A stretch of 64,000 bases of DNA, taken from positions 19,747 through 83,746 of the forward strand of contig JABMNL010000023.1 of NCBI GenBank assembly GCA_013204585.1, given 5' to 3'. Every line of letters begins with the position of its first letter. The stretch's first letter is position 1. Source of the DNA: SAR202 cluster bacterium. Its GTDB lineage: Bacteria > Chloroflexota > Dehalococcoidia > Lucifugimonadales > UBA3495. Positions 41,702 to 50,487 of the stretch are shown piece by piece. The position numbers and the translations under genes were made by a program. The notes beneath the pieces are model-generated. The model saw only the letters and a program-made list of their open reading frames with translations, had not been told where the DNA came from and ran no database searches.

Positions 41702-42727
41702 ATGTATCGAGGCGAATTCGAGCCTGACAGGTGGTGCATGCAGCTTTGGGATGACGCCCTGGCCCCTGTTGCCGACGTGGCCGAAGATATTGAACGCCAA
41801 GCGGTGGAGATTGCCCGCGGTGCCGGACGCATATTGGCCGAGTCTTTTGGCCGCCCAATAGCCATTGAGTTCAAAGACAAGAACGAACGCGACCCCGTTA
41901 CCGCTGTCGATAAAGCCACTCAAGCGTATCTGGCCACCGAGATTACCAAGCGTTTCCCCGAACACGGCATCTTGGGCGAGGAAGGCACCAAGGAAGAGTT
42001 GGAGTCCGAGGAGCTGTCCAAGGATATCCTCTGGGTGCTCGACCCCCTAGACGGCACCACCAACTACATGAACGGTCTGCCCATGTTTGCGTCGTCGATT
42101 GGAGTGCTTTACCGGGGATGGCTGATGGCCGCCGCCGTATTTATCCCCTGGCCCAACGGAGACGGCGGGTTTGTGCTTCATTGCCGTAAGGGTGGTGGGT
42201 GCTTTGTCGATGATGAGCGTGTTTCCGTCTACGAATCAGAGGAGCCAGTTCCCAGTCGCCTAATTGGGGTTCCTGGTTATTTTGGCGTGGGTCAGGGCTT
42301 TACGGGAAAGCTGGCGGGAAAGGCCGGAGAAGTGCGCACCACCGGCAGTATCGCTTATGAGTTGGCCATGACCGCCCGGGGGGTGCTGCAATATGCCATG
42401 TTTGGCGCTCCTAGGCTCTGGGACATGGCTGGAGGGTCCTTGGCGGTCATAGAGGCAGGTGGCACGGTAATGACCCGCTTTCGGGGCGAGAAGAGCTGGC
42501 ATCCGATGGGGTGCCTGGTGCCCAGTTGGGATGAGAAAACGCCGACCATGAAAGAACTCCGCAGCTGGATGGCGCCGTTGGTCGCTGGCAACAACAAAGT
42601 AGCGCCAATGATTGCCGACAACGTGAAACGCCGGTTCAGCCTGTCGTCTCAGCTCCGGAAGCTAACCCGGCCTCTCCGCAGGCGCAAGAAAAAGCAGCCT
42701 GAGACCGAAACAGAGGCCAAAACGTAG
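41702..42727 (+). CDS. inositol monophosphatase-family phosphatase with polybasic C-terminal tail
   Basis: GEEG, WVLDPLDGTTNY and a later WDMAGG motif. The start is uncertain (41591, 41702 or 41738 are all in frame). The C-terminus reads RKLTRPLRRRKKKQPETETEAKT. Confidence 0.75.
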   Translation: MYRGEFEPDRWCMQLWDDALAPVADVAEDIERQAVEIARGAGRILAESFGRPIAIEFKDKNERDPVTAVDKATQAYLATEITKRFPEHGILGEEGTKEELESEELSKDILWVLDPLDGTTNYMNGLPMFASSIGVLYRGWLMAAAVFIPWPNGDGGFVLHCRKGGGCFVDDERVSVYESEEPVPSRLIGVPGYFGVGQGFTGKLAGKAGEVRTTGSIAYELAMTARGVLQYAMFGAPRLWDMAGGSLAVIEAGGTVMTRFRGEKSWHPMGCLVPSWDEKTPTMKELRSWMAPLVAGNNKVAPMIADNVKRRFSLSSQLRKLTRPLRRRKKKQPETETEAKT

Positions 42728-42762
42728 GGGCACGGTCCCGATGCCATCGGGATGCCCCTACG
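42723..42762 (+). terminator. type-A hairpin, bulged variant, overlapping the IMPase stop codon
   Basis: cgtaggggcacggtcccgatgccatcgggatgcccctacg followed by tttttt. The TAG stop at 42725-42727 is part of the 5' arm. Confidence 0.75.
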
Positions 42763-42792
42763 TTTTTTAACTTTTTTCGTTTTGGATGCGGA

Positions 42793-43968
42793 CTACGCCG
42801 GGTCAGGCTCCCAGCCCCAGGGGCGGGGCCCCCAGCCAGCTTCGTAGATTTCACCTTTTTTGATGGCCATTATGGGAACCACGGCCTTGTCGCTCTTGCG
42901 GCCGTCGCCCAGGATGTCATAGACCATCCAGTCGCCGTTTTTGATTTCCAGCACCGACAGGTCGGCCTGCTTGCCGACGGCCAGCGTGCCCAGACGGTCG
43001 GCGACCCCCACGGCTTTGGCCGGGTTCTCGGTGCACATGGTCACGATTTGTTCAAAGGTGAAGCCCATGGCCAGGAACCGGGTCATCATTTCGGTCATGC
43101 TGTGCACGGTGAGTGTCCGGCCGGGCAGGGTCAGGTCGGTGCTGATGCAGTGGGGCAGCACGCCCTGATCCAAGATTTTCTCGCCTACGCTGAAGCTGAA
43201 ATTCATGCGCCCGTGGGCGGTGTCCAGCCAAACGCCTCGGTCATGGGCCTCCTTGGCTTCGGGCACCAGCTTGCCATCGCTGTCCAATACTCCGCCGGGG
43301 TTGGCGGTGAAGTAGTGGGTTACGATGTCGCCCTTGTCGAGGATGGGCAGCAACTCGCGAATCACGTTGGGGTCGTAGCGCTTCTGGGTGTCGCCGATGT
43401 GGACCATCAGCGGCACGCCAGCCTCTACTGCGGCTCGCTTGGCCAACTTGGGCATCTCCATGCCCATGATTTCCAGGGCCGGAGAGACCATTCGGGCTTT
43501 TACGCCTGAGATGATGCCCCTGTTGTCGGAAATAACCTCGATGGTCCGGTCCAGGTCGATGCTGTCGGGGCTGAAAATGTCCGGTGTCGTCGCCAGTCCC
43601 GTCCGGCAGATGTGGAGGAAGCAGATTATCTCGGTGGCGGTGTTGGGGATGATGTGTAGCGGAAACCCGCCGAAGGTGTCGCAGCCGGAGCTACCGGCGT
43701 CCACCATGGTTGTCACGCCGGAACGAACGCCGCCAATGTCAGCATCGACGCCCGATGCGTTAACACCGGCGTAGACGTGGGTGTGGAGGTCGATTAGCCC
43801 AGGAGTGACAACTTTGCCTTTAACTTCTACCACCCGTTTGGCTTCATCGGCTGCAATGTTGGGGGCGATGCGGGCTATCTTTCCGTCTTCAATCGCAACG
43901 TCGTTGATGCCGTTGAGCTTCTGGGATGGATCGACGACTGTCCCACCCTTAACTATCAGGTCATACAT
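42793..43968 (-). CDS. amidohydrolase/deacetylase-family metallohydrolase (dihydroorotase-like fold)
   Basis: MYDLIVKGGTVVDP ... GLIDLHTHVY ... later HIGD and TDL motifs. Confidence 0.8.
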   Translation of the reverse strand: MYDLIVKGGTVVDPSQKLNGINDVAIEDGKIARIAPNIAADEAKRVVEVKGKVVTPGLIDLHTHVYAGVNASGVDADIGGVRSGVTTMVDAGSSGCDTFGGFPLHIIPNTATEIICFLHICRTGLATTPDIFSPDSIDLDRTIEVISDNRGIISGVKARMVSPALEIMGMEMPKLAKRAAVEAGVPLMVHIGDTQKRYDPNVIRELLPILDKGDIVTHYFTANPGGVLDSDGKLVPEAKEAHDRGVWLDTAHGRMNFSFSVGEKILDQGVLPHCISTDLTLPGRTLTVHSMTEMMTRFLAMGFTFEQIVTMCTENPAKAVGVADRLGTLAVGKQADLSVLEIKNGDWMVYDILGDGRKSDKAVVPIMAIKKGEIYEAGWGPRPWGWEPDPA

Positions 43969-44184
43969 GATGAAATAGGCCTCCTACCTTTTTTGTTCTC
44001 CGCTTTGTGTTCCCCGCACAGTTTCCCTGTACCAAGGCGGCTGTGATTTACATAACAATTCCGGCTGACCGAGCCAGACGGCAAATTATACCGCGAAATG
44101 GTTGGGCGCGGAATCGTTGGGAAAATAAAAATGGGCCGGCGAGTACTGGTCGGCGTGTAACGGTAAGGAGGCGGGCCGATGGCG

Positions 44185-45135
44185 CTAGTTGAACAGGTCG
44201 CCTACGGACTGGCCCTTGTGGATGCGGTAGATGGCTTCGCCCAGCAGCGGCGCGACAGAGAGAACGGTGAATTTACCGTTCCGCTTCTCAGCAGACATGG
44301 GGATGGTGTCGGTCACCACCACCTCAGTGAATTGGCTTTTGGCCATGACCTCTGCCGCGTTACGAGACAGCACCGGGTGCGTAACGCAGCAAAAGACTTC
44401 TTTAACGCCCTGTTGGGTCAGCGCCTTGGCGGCGTTGACTATGGTGCCGCCGGTGTCGATTTCGTCGTCGAAAGTCAGGGCAATTTTGCCTTTGACGTCA
44501 CCAATGACGTTCATAGTCTCGCTGATGTCGTTGTTGCCGGTACGGCGCTTTTCAATAATGGCCAATGGTGCGCCAAGACGTTCGGCCATATCACGGGCCT
44601 TTTTGCTGATGCCGATGTCGACGGCCACAACAACCAAGTCTTGGAGTTCTTTGGCGGCGAAGTACTGGCCCATAATCGGAAGAGCGGTAAGCTCATCAAC
44701 GGGGATGTTAAAGAATCCCTGAATCTGACCGGCGTGCAGGTCGACGGTCACCAGGCGGTCCGCACCGGCGGCGGTTATCAGGTCAGCCACCAAGCGGGCG
44801 GTAATCGGAACTCGGGGTTGGTCTTTCTTGTCGGTGCGTCCGTAGCCGTAATAGGGCACCACGGCGGTGATGCGGCCTGCCGACGCTCTTTTGCAGGCGT
44901 CAATCATAATCAACAGTTCCATCAGGTTGTCGTTGACCGGGAAGCAGGTGGGCTGGACTATGAAAACGTCGCGCTGACGTATGTTTTCTTTGATCCGGGC
45001 GAAGGAGTTGTCGTTGGCGAATTTGAAGACCTCGGCTTGCCCCAGGGGTATCTCAAGATAATCGCAGACTGACTGTGCCAACGCAGGATGACCGTTGCCG
45101 GTAAATATCTTGAGTTCGTCGAGAATCGGGTTCAT
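44185..45135 (-). CDS. prs: ribose-phosphate pyrophosphokinase
   Basis: KIFTGNGHPALAQ, VVPYYGYGRTDKK, DLHAGQIQGFF, and PRPP-binding DDEIDTGGT. Confidence 0.92.
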   Translation of the reverse strand: MNPILDELKIFTGNGHPALAQSVCDYLEIPLGQAEVFKFANDNSFARIKENIRQRDVFIVQPTCFPVNDNLMELLIMIDACKRASAGRITAVVPYYGYGRTDKKDQPRVPITARLVADLITAAGADRLVTVDLHAGQIQGFFNIPVDELTALPIMGQYFAAKELQDLVVVAVDIGISKKARDMAERLGAPLAIIEKRRTGNNDISETMNVIGDVKGKIALTFDDEIDTGGTIVNAAKALTQQGVKEVFCCVTHPVLSRNAAEVMAKSQFTEVVVTDTIPMSAEKRNGKFTVLSVAPLLGEAIYRIHKGQSVGDLFN

Positions 45136-45950
45136 CAGCGGCCCTCGTATATCGGTTTTCGCGATTCTCTGATCGCCTGGGTGCCTTCGTCATGGTCCTG
45201 GGAAGTCAGCGTGATTGTCTCCGCCGCTGCTGCCATCTTCAAGGCCGTTTCCAGGTCAAACTCAAGGCCTTTGTAGAGCATGAGCTTGGAAAGGCGGATG
45301 GCGATGGGCGGTCCGGCGGCAATCTTACGCGCCATCTCCATTGTAGTCGCTTCCAGGTCTTCTGCTGCAACCAGCCGGTTTAGGAAGCCGAGCCGGTAGG
45401 CCTCGTCGGCCTCCAAGAAATCGCCGGTAAAAAGCAGTTCAGCGGCTTTTCCCAGACTGCCCAACGTCCGTGGATAGAGCCAGGTGCCGCCGAATCCGGG
45501 GAAGAGGCCAATCTTGACGTAGGCCACCATGAACCGGGCATCGAGGGTTGCGATTCTGATGTCGCAGGCAGCGGCCAGGTCGAACCCGGCGCCGACGGCG
45601 TTGCCACTAATCATGGCAATCACCGGTTTTTCCATCCGCTGCACGCCCAAAATCATCTTGTGGGGCCCACGGAAGCCGCGACGGATGTCATCGGAGTTTT
45701 CCGATACCAGCACTCCAGGGTCGTCGCCCTTCAGGGTGTTCAAGTCGCCACCGGCGCAGAAAGAGCCTCCTGCTCCGGTGATGATTAATACCCGAATATC
45801 GTCGTCCTCGGCCACATCATCTAGGGCCAGCCCCATCTCGGTAGTCGTTTCATCGTTCAGGGCGTTTCTGCGGCCGGGGCGGTTAATCGTCAACCTGGCG
45901 ATGTGTTCCACAGAGTCTTTTTCGAGGATGACGTATTTGTAATCTGGCAT
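45135..45950 (-). CDS. enoyl-CoA hydratase/isomerase (crotonase) family
   Basis: ARLTINRPGRRNAL, ITGAGGSFCAGGDL, and AMISGNAVGAGFDLAAACD. Its stop overlaps the prs start by 1 nt. Start moved to ATG 45950. Confidence 0.85.
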   Translation of the reverse strand: MPDYKYVILEKDSVEHIARLTINRPGRRNALNDETTTEMGLALDDVAEDDDIRVLIITGAGGSFCAGGDLNTLKGDDPGVLVSENSDDIRRGFRGPHKMILGVQRMEKPVIAMISGNAVGAGFDLAAACDIRIATLDARFMVAYVKIGLFPGFGGTWLYPRTLGSLGKAAELLFTGDFLEADEAYRLGFLNRLVAAEDLEATTMEMARKIAAGPPIAIRLSKLMLYKGLEFDLETALKMAAAAETITLTSQDHDEGTQAIRESRKPIYEGR

Positions 45951-46143
45951 AGTTGTACCTGGCCAGGGCTGGAGCAAGGGGCATTATAGCATAGGCCCTG
46001 AGCCTGGCAAAGCTGAATTTAGTGCATTCCGGACAGGCTTGGACGCGTATAAAATTAAAGGCGCATGGGATATCATTACCTTCGACCTAATCGTGCTTAA
46101 TTGCAAAGCTTTTGATACTGGGTGCGGTCGTAGCCTGCGCCCA

Positions 46144-46187
46144 GTGATAGACCCGGTGATAGACCGGTGATAGACCGGTGATAGATA
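46144..46187. repeat. 11-bp tandem repeat x4 immediately upstream of the ispH RBS
   Basis: gtgatagaccc ggtgatagacc ggtgatagacc ggtgatagata, followed directly by ggagg and TTG 46200. Confidence 0.95.
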
Positions 46188-46199
46188 GGAGGACAGACC

Positions 46200-47099
46200 T
46201 TGGAGGTCTTGCTCGGTTCGCCCAGGGGATTTTGCGCCGGAGTAGTTCGGGCTATTGATGTTGTCGACAGCTGCCTTAGAAGATACGGGCCGCCGGTGTA
46301 TGTTAAGCATCAAATAGTACACAACCCCCATGTGGTTAAGGACCTGGAACGCCGGGGCGCCATTACCGTTGAGATGGTGGAGGAGGTTCCCGAGGGTTCG
46401 TTGGTGGTGTTCTCTGCCCATGGGTCTCCGCCAGACGACTTTGTTAAAGCCAAGGCCCGCAACCTGCAAGTCATCGACGCTGTCTGCCCACTGGTCACCA
46501 GGGTGCATAACGAGGCCAAGAAGTACCACCGTGAGGGCAGGAAAGTGGTTTTGGTGGGGCACAAGGGCCATCAAGAGGTCCGGGGCACCATGGGCCAGGT
46601 TGAGATGACCCTAATCGACGACGGTTCCGAAACCGTCCTGCCGGACTGGAATGCCGATGAGAAAGTGGCGGTGCTCACACAAACCACTCTATCGGTGGGC
46701 GACACTGCCAATGCCATCCAATCCATTAAGGATAAGTTCCCCGGCGCAGTGGTGCGCAATGACATTTGTTATGCCACCACCAATCGTCAAGACGCCGTGA
46801 CCCAGATGGCCGGCAAGGTTGACCTGGTGCTGGTCATCGGAGCGGACAACAGCTCCAACTGTAACCGGCTTCGTGAGGTTGCTGAGTCTTTGGGGGTACC
46901 GGCATATCTGATTAACGGGCCGGAAGAGATAGACCGGTCTTGGATGGTGGGCATGGAAAGAGTGGGCATCACCTCAGGCGCGTCTACCCCAGAGGTTTTG
47001 GTCGAGAGCGTGATTCAATCATTGAAGCCCGACAAAGTGACCATGGTTGCCGGGGTCGAAGAAGATGTAACCTTCAGCCTTCCCAAGGAACTCCGCTAG
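46200..47099 (+). CDS. ispH: 4-hydroxy-3-methylbut-2-enyl diphosphate reductase
   Basis: TTG start after AGGAGG. GFCAGVVRAIDVV, IVHNPHVV, AHGSPP and SSNCNRL. Confidence 0.92.
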   Translation: MEVLLGSPRGFCAGVVRAIDVVDSCLRRYGPPVYVKHQIVHNPHVVKDLERRGAITVEMVEEVPEGSLVVFSAHGSPPDDFVKAKARNLQVIDAVCPLVTRVHNEAKKYHREGRKVVLVGHKGHQEVRGTMGQVEMTLIDDGSETVLPDWNADEKVAVLTQTTLSVGDTANAIQSIKDKFPGAVVRNDICYATTNRQDAVTQMAGKVDLVLVIGADNSSNCNRLREVAESLGVPAYLINGPEEIDRSWMVGMERVGITSGASTPEVLVESVIQSLKPDKVTMVAGVEEDVTFSLPKELR

Positions 47100-47136
47100 C
47101 CATGTTTCTGTCCTGGCTCATCCGCCCAACACGTTA

Positions 47137-48177
47137 ATGGCCGAGAACCAGGATTCCCCGGTTGGGGAACAGCAGACCTCCCCATCAGTATTGCGCCGTA
47201 TCGTATCGTTCCCAGCCGTCGTTTCCTTGGTGTTGGCTGTTTTATTCCTGGTCTTCATGGTTACCCGCTTCGACGTAGACCTGGGCGCAATGTGGGACCG
47301 GGTTAAAAACGCCAACCCCTGGTATCTGGCCCTGGCTTTCATCGTCCACTACACCACCTTTTTATTCCGGGGCGTCCGCTGGCGTTTGTTGTTGCAAAAT
47401 ACTGCTGCGCCTGGTGTGCGCGTGCCCGGAGTTTTCTATTGCAGCCAGCTGGTGCTTTTGGGCTGGTTTGCCAACTCGGTGGGATGGCTTAGATTGGGCG
47501 ATGCCTACCGAGCTTACCTCTACCGCGACGAGCAGAACGGCTCGTTCTCCCACACTGTCGGCACCATCTTGGCGGAACGGGCGCTGGACACCGTGCTGGT
47601 GGCGGCGTTGCTGGTGCTGGCCGTGCCATTCCTGTTGGACAGCGGCGATAGTGTCACCTGGGTGGTGTTGGGCCTCGCCGTGTCCTTGGTGGTAGGACTG
47701 GCCACGGTATTAGCGGCCATGACCTGGCTTAAAGGGCCGTTGTTGCGTCGGCTGCCATCTTGGTTCGGTGTCCGGTACGCGCGGTTTCACCAGGGGACGA
47801 TGGGCAGTTTTCAGCGGCTGCCTCTGGCCACGGCCTGGGGGCTGCTTGGCTGGGTAGCGGAAATTGGGCGGATGTATCTGGTGGTGGCGGCGTTGGGATT
47901 TGACGTCAATTTCGCGTTGCCAGTCTTTCTGACCTTGGCCAATTCGCTGCTGACATTGGTGCCCACGCCAGGGGGTGTGGGCGCAGTGGAGTCGGGAGTT
48001 GGCGGTCTGGCAGTGCGGCTTTCTAATCTGACTGCCAGCGCTGCTGCTGCGTTGGTGCTGATTGACCGGGCCATAACATATGTCAGCGTGATTATCTTGG
48101 GAGCGGCGCTATTTTTGGTTCGTCAGGCCGTGATACGCTCGCAACCAGGCAACTCCAACGGCGCGGCGAACGACTGA
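47137..48177 (+). CDS. flippase-like / lysyl-PG-synthase TM-domain (UPF0104) membrane protein
   Basis: Polytopic membrane protein with NPWYLALAFIVHYTTFLFRGVRWRLLL, as expected for this family. Confidence 0.65.
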   Translation: MAENQDSPVGEQQTSPSVLRRIVSFPAVVSLVLAVLFLVFMVTRFDVDLGAMWDRVKNANPWYLALAFIVHYTTFLFRGVRWRLLLQNTAAPGVRVPGVFYCSQLVLLGWFANSVGWLRLGDAYRAYLYRDEQNGSFSHTVGTILAERALDTVLVAALLVLAVPFLLDSGDSVTWVVLGLAVSLVVGLATVLAAMTWLKGPLLRRLPSWFGVRYARFHQGTMGSFQRLPLATAWGLLGWVAEIGRMYLVVAALGFDVNFALPVFLTLANSLLTLVPTPGGVGAVESGVGGLAVRLSNLTASAAAALVLIDRAITYVSVIILGAALFLVRQAVIRSQPGNSNGAAND

Positions 48178-48211
48178 ATCGGCCCCTGAGACATCGAGTA
48201 AGAAGTCGAGC

Positions 48212-48583
48212 ATGTTGTACACCGCCAGTTTCTACCATCCAGAGCACTGGGAAGGTACCGTCTACCGCATTTCCCGGGCCCATCCACGGGGTCAAACGAC
48301 CAACTGGGAAACGCAACCGTTCTTGTATCCTTCACGTCAGGTGTTGGACGAGTACCGAACTGGAACCCTGGACTTCGCCGGACTGACGGAACGATACCGG
48401 GAAGAGCTTCGAACAAACTACAACTGGGAAGCGGACTTTCAAGACTGGTTGGGTTCGTTGCAGCCGGATGAGGACTATACGTTGCTCTGCTTTGAGCCCG
48501 AGGGAGAACCCTGTCACCGCAGGGTGGCGGCGGCCTGGTTGTTGGAGACACTGCCGGAGTTGCGGCTGGGGCAGATGCGCTAG
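48212..48583 (+). CDS. DUF488 (YeaO-like) protein
   Basis: YRISRAHPRG, PSRQVLDEYRTGTLDFAGLTERYREEL and LLCFEPEGEPCHRRVAAAWL parallel the E. coli YeaO pattern as I remember it. Confidence 0.65.
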   Translation: MLYTASFYHPEHWEGTVYRISRAHPRGQTTNWETQPFLYPSRQVLDEYRTGTLDFAGLTERYREELRTNYNWEADFQDWLGSLQPDEDYTLLCFEPEGEPCHRRVAAAWLLETLPELRLGQMR

Positions 48584-48605
48584 AACTATGTCTGAATCGG
48601 CGATT

Positions 48606-49625
48606 CTACCACTCGGACCGGGCGGGCCGCGCCATCAACTCGGCCATGGCTTTTTGCGGAGACAGTCCGTCGAACAACACCCGTGAAGCCATCTCGGCGA
48701 TGGGCATTTCAACCCCAAGTTCTTGGGCCATAATCAAGGCGGCCTGGGTGGCGTTTACTCCCTCGGCCACATTGTTCATGGAATCACGAATCTCGGGCCA
48801 AGAGCGCCCTTTGGCCAACTCCTCGCCCACGTATCGATTGCGGCTAAGGCGGCTGGAGCAAGTGGCGATAACGTCGCCAAGTCCGGCCAGCCCGGCGAAG
48901 GTTAATGGGTCGGCTCCTGCGGCGATGCCCAGGCGGGTCATTTCGGCCAACCCTCGCGTGATGAAGGCTGATTTTGCATTCTCTCCGGCGTCCATGCCGT
49001 CCCCAATTCCAGCGCCTAAGGCGACGATGTTTTTCAAGGCCCCGGCCAGTTCGACGCCAAGTACATCGGCGCTGGTGTAGACCCGGAAATTATGGGACAT
49101 CAGCGCGTCCTGCGCCCTTTGTCTGGCGTCGGCGTTGCTGCCAGCGATTACCGTGGACGCCGCTTTACCCTGGGCAATCTCTTTCGCCAGGTTGGGGCCG
49201 GACAGGACGCAGATGCCTGAATGAAAACTGGTGGGCAGTTCTTCTTCCAGCACCTGACTCATTCGCTTAGCTGCGGGTAATTCCAGCCCCTTGGTTGCGC
49301 TCAGAATTGTGACGCCCGGCTGCAGATGGGACTTAATCTGGCGTACGTTCTCCCTTAGCCGGTCTGAGGGCACTGCGATGATTACTAGGGTGGCTTTTTT
49401 CAGCGCAGACTCCGGTTTACTGGTCACATTTAGGCAATCGGGAAAGGGCGTGTCGGGGAGAAACCTGGAGTTGCACCGGTCGTTGGTCAAAGTCTGGGCT
49501 TCGGCTTCGGTGCGGGCCAGCATGGAGACCGGAATATTGTTCTGGGCCAACAAAATTCCCAGGGTGGTCCCCCAAGTTGTTGTTCCGATAATGGCCGCTT
49601 GGTTATTCATTTGGTTAATACCCAC
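48606..49625 (-). CDS. gpsA: NAD(P)H-dependent glycerol-3-phosphate dehydrogenase
   Basis: AIIGTTTWGTTLG, GPNLAKEI, LKNIVALGAG, and SRNRYVGEELAKG. Confidence 0.92.
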   Translation of the reverse strand: MGINQMNNQAAIIGTTTWGTTLGILLAQNNIPVSMLARTEAEAQTLTNDRCNSRFLPDTPFPDCLNVTSKPESALKKATLVIIAVPSDRLRENVRQIKSHLQPGVTILSATKGLELPAAKRMSQVLEEELPTSFHSGICVLSGPNLAKEIAQGKAASTVIAGSNADARQRAQDALMSHNFRVYTSADVLGVELAGALKNIVALGAGIGDGMDAGENAKSAFITRGLAEMTRLGIAAGADPLTFAGLAGLGDVIATCSSRLSRNRYVGEELAKGRSWPEIRDSMNNVAEGVNATQAALIMAQELGVEMPIAEMASRVLFDGLSPQKAMAELMARPARSEW

Positions 49626-49748
49626 GAGCGATAGCAGTAAGAAGATCCCAGTAGGAAATCGCAGTAGGCTGACTTTGAGACTGGAAGTGTTAAGTCTATT
49701 AAGAAATACTGGGGGAGTCTAGGGCGCCAAGGGCGAGGAGTGTGGACT

Positions 49749-50468
49749 TTATTCGACTTTGGCGGCCGGGTGGCCCAATTTGCGCTCGCTCCCTTGGCGG
49801 ATGCGCTGTATGTTGTCGCGGTGTTGCCAGATAATCATGGGAGCGGCGGCGAACCCGTAAAGCATGTAAATGTTGGGGAGTTGATCGGCCAGTGCCAGGG
49901 CCATTATCACGAAGGCTGCAACCGTCACCCCGATAACCGATCCCAGCGAGATGTATCTGCTTGAGCCGGTGACGGTCAAAAATGTAACGATGGCTACTAC
50001 TGCGGTCAATGGGGTCATGATAACCAAACACCCCAACGCAGTCAGAATGCCCCGGCCTCCTTTGAACTGCAGGAACACCGGCCAATTGTGTCCCGCCAGG
50101 GCGATTAAAGCGGCCACCACTTCTGCTGTGGTGGTGTCTATGACGATGCGAGCCATGACCACTGCAATCACCCCTTTGGCAATGTCGAGGGTCAGTACGA
50201 CGACGGCCGCTTTGCCGCCGCCGGTGCGGAGGACGTTGGACATGCCGGTGCGTCCACTGCCGTAGTCCCGAACATCCACACCCATCTTCCATCTCAGGAG
50301 CATATAGCCCCAGGAAATGGATCCTAAGAGATAGACCAATGGCATTACAGTCCAGTACTGCGCCGCCTCGGACTGGCCGTCCATGGTAAGCATGGCAATG
50401 ACCACTCCGGCGATGACGAAGGGGGTGGCGACGGCCTGGATGATGATTGATGTGGGAGGTCGAATCAT
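49749..50468 (-). CDS. plsY: glycerol-3-phosphate acyltransferase PlsY
   Basis: DVRDYGSGRTGMSNVLR, LDIAKG, GHNWPVFLQFKGGRG, and a polytopic membrane profile. Confidence 0.9.
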   Translation of the reverse strand: MIRPPTSIIIQAVATPFVIAGVVIAMLTMDGQSEAAQYWTVMPLVYLLGSISWGYMLLRWKMGVDVRDYGSGRTGMSNVLRTGGGKAAVVVLTLDIAKGVIAVVMARIVIDTTTAEVVAALIALAGHNWPVFLQFKGGRGILTALGCLVIMTPLTAVVAIVTFLTVTGSSRYISLGSVIGVTVAAFVIMALALADQLPNIYMLYGFAAAPMIIWQHRDNIQRIRQGSERKLGHPAAKVE

Positions 50469-50487
50469 TGTGGACTGATGGAGAGGT

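Noticed and set aside
44179-45072. 297-aa plus-strand ORF
   Set aside because: It is antisense to prs, whose minus-strand translation has unmistakable PRPP synthetase motifs. This is a shadow ORF.
45984-46574. 196-aa minus-strand ORF overlapping the ispH start
   Set aside because: It overlaps the confidently called ispH and the 11-bp repeat region, and it has no motif or RBS.
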